Source: Eledone cirrhosa
Lineage: Eukaryota
Direction of reading: 5' to 3'
Length of the DNA stretch: 64,000 bases
NCBI GenBank assembly: GCA_964016885.1
Contig: OZ024758.1
Coordinates: forward strand, 21,762,001 to 21,826,000
How positions within the stretch are numbered: position 1 is the first letter of the stretch; each line of letters begins with the position of its first letter. This document shows positions 58,119 to 64,000 of the stretch, piece by piece. The position numbers and the translations under genes are program-made. The notes beneath the pieces were generated by a model. That model ran no database searches, was not told the origin of the DNA, and saw nothing but the letters and a program-made list of their open reading frames with translations.

Positions 58119-58809
58119 ATATATATTTATATATATATATATAATTGTAGTTTTATATATATAGTTAATAATTGTTTCTAGTTTTGGCACAAGGCCAGCA
58201 ATTACCCAGTACATTACTGGTACTTTATTTTATCGACCCCGTAAGGGTGAAAGGCAAAGTTAACCTCGGCGGGATTTGAACTCAGAATAATGAGTTAATA
58301 ATGGTTTCTTATATAGGCAGAAGGCCAACCATTTGGGGGAGGGGAAAGTCGATTTAATCAACCCCAGTGCATTACTGGTACTTTATTTTATCGACCTCGT
58401 AAGGATGAAAGGCAAAGTGAAGCTCGGCGGGTGGTGGTTGTTGTTGTCTCAGGTCTCACTCTCTTCTTGGACAGTTGTTAGATTATATGGAGATAATTTA
58501 CATAATCAGTCGTAATCGCCAGTGTTGAGGGGGGAATTATACATACATACATGGTGGTGGCTGCCAACTCGTTTTCGAGTACGGCCACTACTTTATATCC
58601 ATGTAGGAGAACTCCTACCGAAGCGCTGAACGAGTGTGACTTTTTAGTCCAGCCAGCGACTTGAAAACTCTGGTACAAACACTACACTTGTGACAATTAT
58701 TGACACATAGTGCTGGGCCCATGGTACCATGTGACGACAAGTGCAGAGAGATCTCCATACATACATACATACATACATACATACATACATACATACATAC
58801 ATACATACA

Positions 58810-58839
<30 letters not shown>

Positions 58840-58840
<1 letters not shown>

Positions 58841-59437
58841 GAAAGAGTACTGGTGGAATGCTCCAGTAAAAACCCCAATAAAATGCAGGCATAACAGACC
58901 AGATATAATGATATGGGACAGGGAGAAGAAAACATGCACAGTAGTGGAAATTAGCTGCCCAGCAGATGCCAATATAATGTCAAAGATTAGTGAAAAGGAG
59001 AATATTTATGCAGAACTGATGAGAAATCTGCAGATACTCCACCCTGATTACACCTTCAGATTTATGCCTGTGATTATTGGGGCACTGGGGTATGTTAGTA
59101 ACTGCCTCAATACAAATCTTGAGAAGCTAGGCTTCACAGGAACAGAAAGAACACAACTAGTTAGGAAACTACAAGTACAATCCATTAATGGAACAGTAAA
59201 AATATGTAAAACATTGCAAAAATGTTGCATCTAATAACTGCATTTACACATGCACACATACAACTCAAAACATCTACACCCACACATACAATAACATCCA
59301 TATCTACACATGCATGCATACATACATATCTACCTAGTTGATGTTGTGTAAATTCCAATGAGAGAGTCTTGTGTCTATGTTAGAAACCGACTCTCTCTCT
59401 ATTGGTAAAACTTTGAGAAATTATAAAACCAGAAGAA
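58840..59437 (+). mobile_element. 3' fragment of an R4/Dong-like non-LTR element (restriction-like endonuclease), stop at 59234
   Basis: WWN..HNRPDIMIWDREKK..VVEISCP..EKENIY..PVIIGALG = PD-(D/E)xK RLE domain; (CATA)n on both sides. Confidence 0.85.
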
Positions 59438-59941
59438 CATACATACATACATACATACATACATACATACATACATACATACATACATACATACATACAT
59501 ACATACATACATACATACATACATGTGTGTACGCGTGTGTGTGTATTCCGAATTCAATCGGGGCTAACCACAGTAAGTAAAGTACTTAATACATAGCAGA
59601 GTATAAATATTTAATATAGAAATGGCTTCTACAGGACTAGAATTGTTTCATTCGATGGAAATCATCAGGATACTCTTTCGTGATGAAGATGAGGAACTAT
59701 GGTTATATATATGTAATATCTTACTTATTCACATTACAGTGCAAAGCATACGCACCAGTAAGCTACTTACATCGAGAAGAAATATATTACTTTAGGAAAC
59801 ATCAACCATCGGAAATATAGAGAATAAGCTACTTACTAAATCGTGTCCTTGAGGAACCACAGGCAAAACAAAAGTAAGAATAACACAGAGATATGACTGA
59901 GTCACGATACCAACATGTCTGCGATAAAATAGTATTATGGA

Positions 59942-60558
59942 GGGCGGTGGATTGGTAGTATCGGTGGAGGGTCGGACGGCATGCTTTGGAACAAAGAGTT
60001 ACGACCCTTTATGGTCTAAGTTCAAATCACGCCGAGGTTAACTTTGCCTTTCATCCTTACCGGGTCGATGAAATAAAGTACCAGTAATTCAATGGGATAA
60101 TTGCTGGCCTTGTGCCAAAAGTAGAAACAATTATTATTATTAATTTGTAATGCTGGACGGTAGATTGGCATTATTGGGGGAACGTAAGATGCCATGCTTT
60201 GCAGCAAAGAGTTACGACCCTTTATGGTCTAAGTTCAAATCACGCCGAGGTTAACTTTGCCTTTCATCATTACGGGGTAGATGAAATAAAGTACCAGTAA
60301 TTCAATGGGATAATTGCTGGCCTTGTGCCAAAAGTAGAAACAATTATTATTATTAATTTGTAATGCTGGACGGTAGATTGGCATTATTGGGGGAACGTAA
60401 GACGCCATACTTTGCAGCAAAGAGTTACGACCCTTTATGGTCTAAGTTCAAATCCGGCCGAGGTTAACTTTGCCTTTCATCCGTACGGGGTCGATAAAAT
60501 AAAGTACCAGTAATACACTGGATAATTGCTGGTCTTGTGCCAAAAGTAGAAACAATTA
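59942..60558 (+). mobile_element. Tandem array of 3 SINEs (213-bp period)
   Basis: Near-identical reverse ORFs at 60022 and 60235; shared SINE body. Confidence 0.88.
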
Positions 60559-61056
60559 TGTAGAAGATACAAACAGTTCAAAGAAAGCTCACAGCAAGAT
60601 CTACTGTAAACTAGACTGTTTACAAACGACTAAGCAAAGTAAAATTGTGACACGAGTTGATGAAAAGCCTATTGACTATATATTATCCGTAATCGATCAG
60701 AGTTGCTAAATAGCACTTACCACAAATCGAAACGCCCCGGCTTTAGACATTAAATCTCTTACTGATCTATATTGTAATTACCTATCACCAACAGACAGAT
60801 GTAACACAGATTGATCGTACATGGAACTAAATGGGATAGCAAGAATGTAAGTAGTACGAAAAAACATTGAATAATTAGATGCTTTCATTAGAAGCGAGGA
60901 GAGTAATTAATGCATGAACCAGTAATTACGACTTTATTATAAATCTGAAATCTATGCTGAATGTTGGCGAGAAACATTCACAGGGAAACGAATTTTTTAT
61001 TTTAAGCAATTATATTATTCTTATCCATCGCGCTTAGCTGATTACAATTTTATACC

Positions 61057-61370
61057 AAGTCTTTGTTTCCCATTAAGGTTTGTAGGTCTTTCTTGTCAAT
61101 TTTAGTATCTCTCACTATGGTATCCTGGTATCTGAGCTTTGTGTCTTCTAATCCATCACTCTTAGGCAAGACAGCCAGAACAAATTCATGCCAACAGTCT
61201 CTGTTTCGCCATCAAGGTTTTTAAGTCTTCCTTGTCAATTCCAGGGTCCCTTAGGTGAGACACCAATCACAGCTTCACACCCACAGTCTCTGTTTCCTAT
61301 CAAGGTTTGTAGGTCTTCCTCGTTAATTCCAGTACCACTTGCTATGGCACCCTGGTATTTGAGCTTTCTG
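61057..61370. repeat. Degenerate triplicated ~45-bp motif
   Basis: AGTCT(C/T)TGTTTC..AAGGTTT..GTCTT(C/T)CT..AATT at ~61058, 61196, 61285. Confidence 0.55.
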
Positions 61371-62596
61371 ATAGAGGAAATCTCCCATAACAAGATGTCT
61401 GAAACCATCTCATCTTTTACGCGGAAGCAGCGACCGGTAAATCTTGACAAGTAATTATAAGAAGGTAGGACAATCCTTCGTGTGTTTGCATAAAATTCCT
61501 AAACTGTATATAGCACATAAAATCAATACCATCATGGTTTTAAATAATCCAAACCGGGATGATTTTGATCATACTCGGATATTGTTGGGATTCTTGGATG
61601 TAAATAAATAGCACAAACGACAAAATCATCCGCCGACAGGACACGATCAATACTCTCACTTCCTATTCACTAAAAATACTTTGATTTAGGAAGCAACAGC
61701 ACTGACAAGTGAAAGCTTACAACTGCTCTTGTCTGAATGACAAAATTACAAAAGTGATGATATTTAATTGTCGCAAACACACGTGGAACACACTATGATA
61801 ACTGATATGAATAATCTGTATATGGATGCAGGAAGACCCTGCTAGAAATTGCGCTGGATTGGCAACGGAATAAGAATATTGCGAGCCCAAAATGTGCCGA
61901 CACATCCGATTTCTTAGCGACATACGATTGTGTCACACTTCTCCTTCTTGAGAGAGTCGTGGGGGTAGACTCCCTCCAACAGGTCCTGCCAAAAGCAACC
62001 GTCTCCAACTGATACGGTTGGATCCCCAAGCGTGACCAGCCAAGCTCATGGATGTTTACTCGATTATGTAAGACGAGAGACGATTTCTAACTACTAGAAG
62101 CCGTCATGGTAGCAACAGGCAAAAGCAAAATAACCTATTCAAGGAACACAAACACTGCAGGTCTCAAGTCAGAGTATCTATCCCTCATATGTATTTACAT
62201 AAATATGTCAATAAATATACATGAAAATATATTGATTCTCATGTGTCTCCTTCAACCTTTGATGAGATTTGGTTTTTATCCAGCATGTTGTCCAAAACTC
62301 ACCCTTCTCACCACGTAAGCTTGGTGGGGTTGCTGGTTTAGACGCCAATGTCCTGACCAATGAAACAGGCTGTATTAAGTTATGTTTTACCAGCAGTGCT
62401 CTAGAACAATCTAATTCCAAAGTTGTTTTTTCACTTTCTTCTTTGCTTTTTTTTTTTTTAGTTTCCCCATCTTTGCTCTCTTTTTTATATATATATATAA
62501 TGGCTTCTCTTCTTTGTTTTTACCATCAACATCTCCACCATCACTACCACTGCCACGTTTCATTTATATATTTTCTGATTTCTTCAATTATTCATT

Positions 62597-62661
<65 letters not shown>

Positions 62662-63559
62662 ATAAAGTGCCTTTAAATCCTAAATATCTAATGTCTCTTT
62701 CGAGCCCAGTTTCCGTGGCATTAAGTGGCTGAGTGTGCAATACCTCCCTGGACAGGACGCCAGTCCATCGCAGGGTTAAACATTCCAGCTAATGCTGGTA
62801 CTTATTTTCAGCTGAATATACTGGAGCAACGTGAAATGAAGTGTTTTGCTCAAGAACACAACACCCAACCTAGTCCATGAATCAAACCCACGATATTATG
62901 ATCTTAAGTCAAACGCACTTACCATTAGGTCACGCACCTCCTTCTATACATATGGCAATATTTCGCAATACTTTGAGTCTAAATTTAGAAATCCTTCAGC
63001 TACCAAGTTCTTAATTCTCTTAATCAAAAACAAATAATGTTGAGACTCGTAGAGTTAATTTCCCAAGACGATTATCTAAATTATTTGTCTTTAATAGAAA
63101 TTTCCAATTTACTATTTTATTTTAGTTATTTGTGTATTTGATTGACACCTGTAAGAAAGAATAGTTTCTTTTAATCATACATTCTACAGTGACTATTTCT
63201 TTTTAAAAATTCATAGCTAATCTATAAAAATTAGTGATGGTTTGGCTTGATTAATCGCTTCCGTTTTTGTGTGTTGTTATTAATGTTTTTCTTTTTTTCT
63301 TTTTCAGAAAATAGTTTTAAACTTTTATCAGAAAATGATGCCTCCCAAACATCGTATAATCTGCCAACAAACGTATCGAATCTCAGTCTTCAAAAATCAA
63401 AGCCTAAATCATTTCTGTTCATTTGGTTGGAATATTAGTTTCTAAACTTGAAATATTGAAGGTAAATCGTTAAAAAGGTAAGCTTATATATTCACTGTTC
63501 TAAATCCTTGAATGTGTTTCGCTGTCTTTCTGGACATGAAAGGTTTATGTGTCGGTAGT

Positions 63560-63590
<31 letters not shown>

Positions 63591-64000
63591 ATTACTTTCA
63601 AACGAAGCTCTTTAGTTCAAAGCTGATGGTTCAATCGATTTCAAATTGTACAAATTTCAAGCCTAGACTTAATATAATGATTATGTTCTATCATATATAT
63701 ATATATATATATTTATGTATACACAAGGTTTATTCAAATATTGAACATATATAAAACAGTACTCACTACACACAGTAGAATTACTTTGAATATTCAAGTG
63801 TCTTTTGTGGTTATGAAAACGAAAAGTGGAGGGAAAAGCAAGGGCTCTAGGGTCACGGAAGAATGGGGAGGGGAAGGGAGAGGGTGATGGGCTCTGGGCC
63901 TTCAATCTTCCACTATATTATTCAATATTTATTCTATACCAAAACGGTAACTTAACTTCGAGATTTATCTCGCTTTGTTTAAACCAAGATCACCGAACAA

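Noticed and set aside
63308-63461. Possible host exon (polypyrimidine-CAG acceptor, AAG/GTAAAT donor)
   Set aside because: All three frames contain stops and no product is recognisable; it could be a UTR or terminal exon but is unsupported.

Overview
AT-rich, microsatellite-dense animal DNA, probably a cephalopod such as Octopus (inferred from the tRNA-derived SINE content). No host gene can be supported, and almost all ORFs in the track are simple-repeat artefacts. Real coding content is retroelement-derived: (1) a Penelope-like element (RT + GIY-YIG) forming a 4.2-kb head-to-head inverted structure between long (TA)n arrays, 18702-22947; (2) a 5'-truncated L1/Tx1-type LINE with an uninterrupted RT reading frame in a (TATC)n tract, 47197-49795; (3) an R4/Dong-like restriction-endonuclease 3' fragment in (CATA)n; (4) RTE-type fragments, one amplified into a 122-bp satellite. 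The main hidden signal is a set of short non-coding elements from at least 6 families, inserted in (TA)n. Many are fold-back hairpins with 3' ends pointing outward and one arm reproducibly longer. They carry type I hammerhead ribozyme (HHR) motifs, about 15 well-formed plus several degenerate, with covarying stems and a self-complementary stem III suited to dimer formation. The autonomous Penelope-like element shares this architecture and has a variant HHR. This suggests a (TA)n-targeting Penelope/HHR system, including a retrozyme-like ~320-nt unit. All folds were read by eye, not computed.
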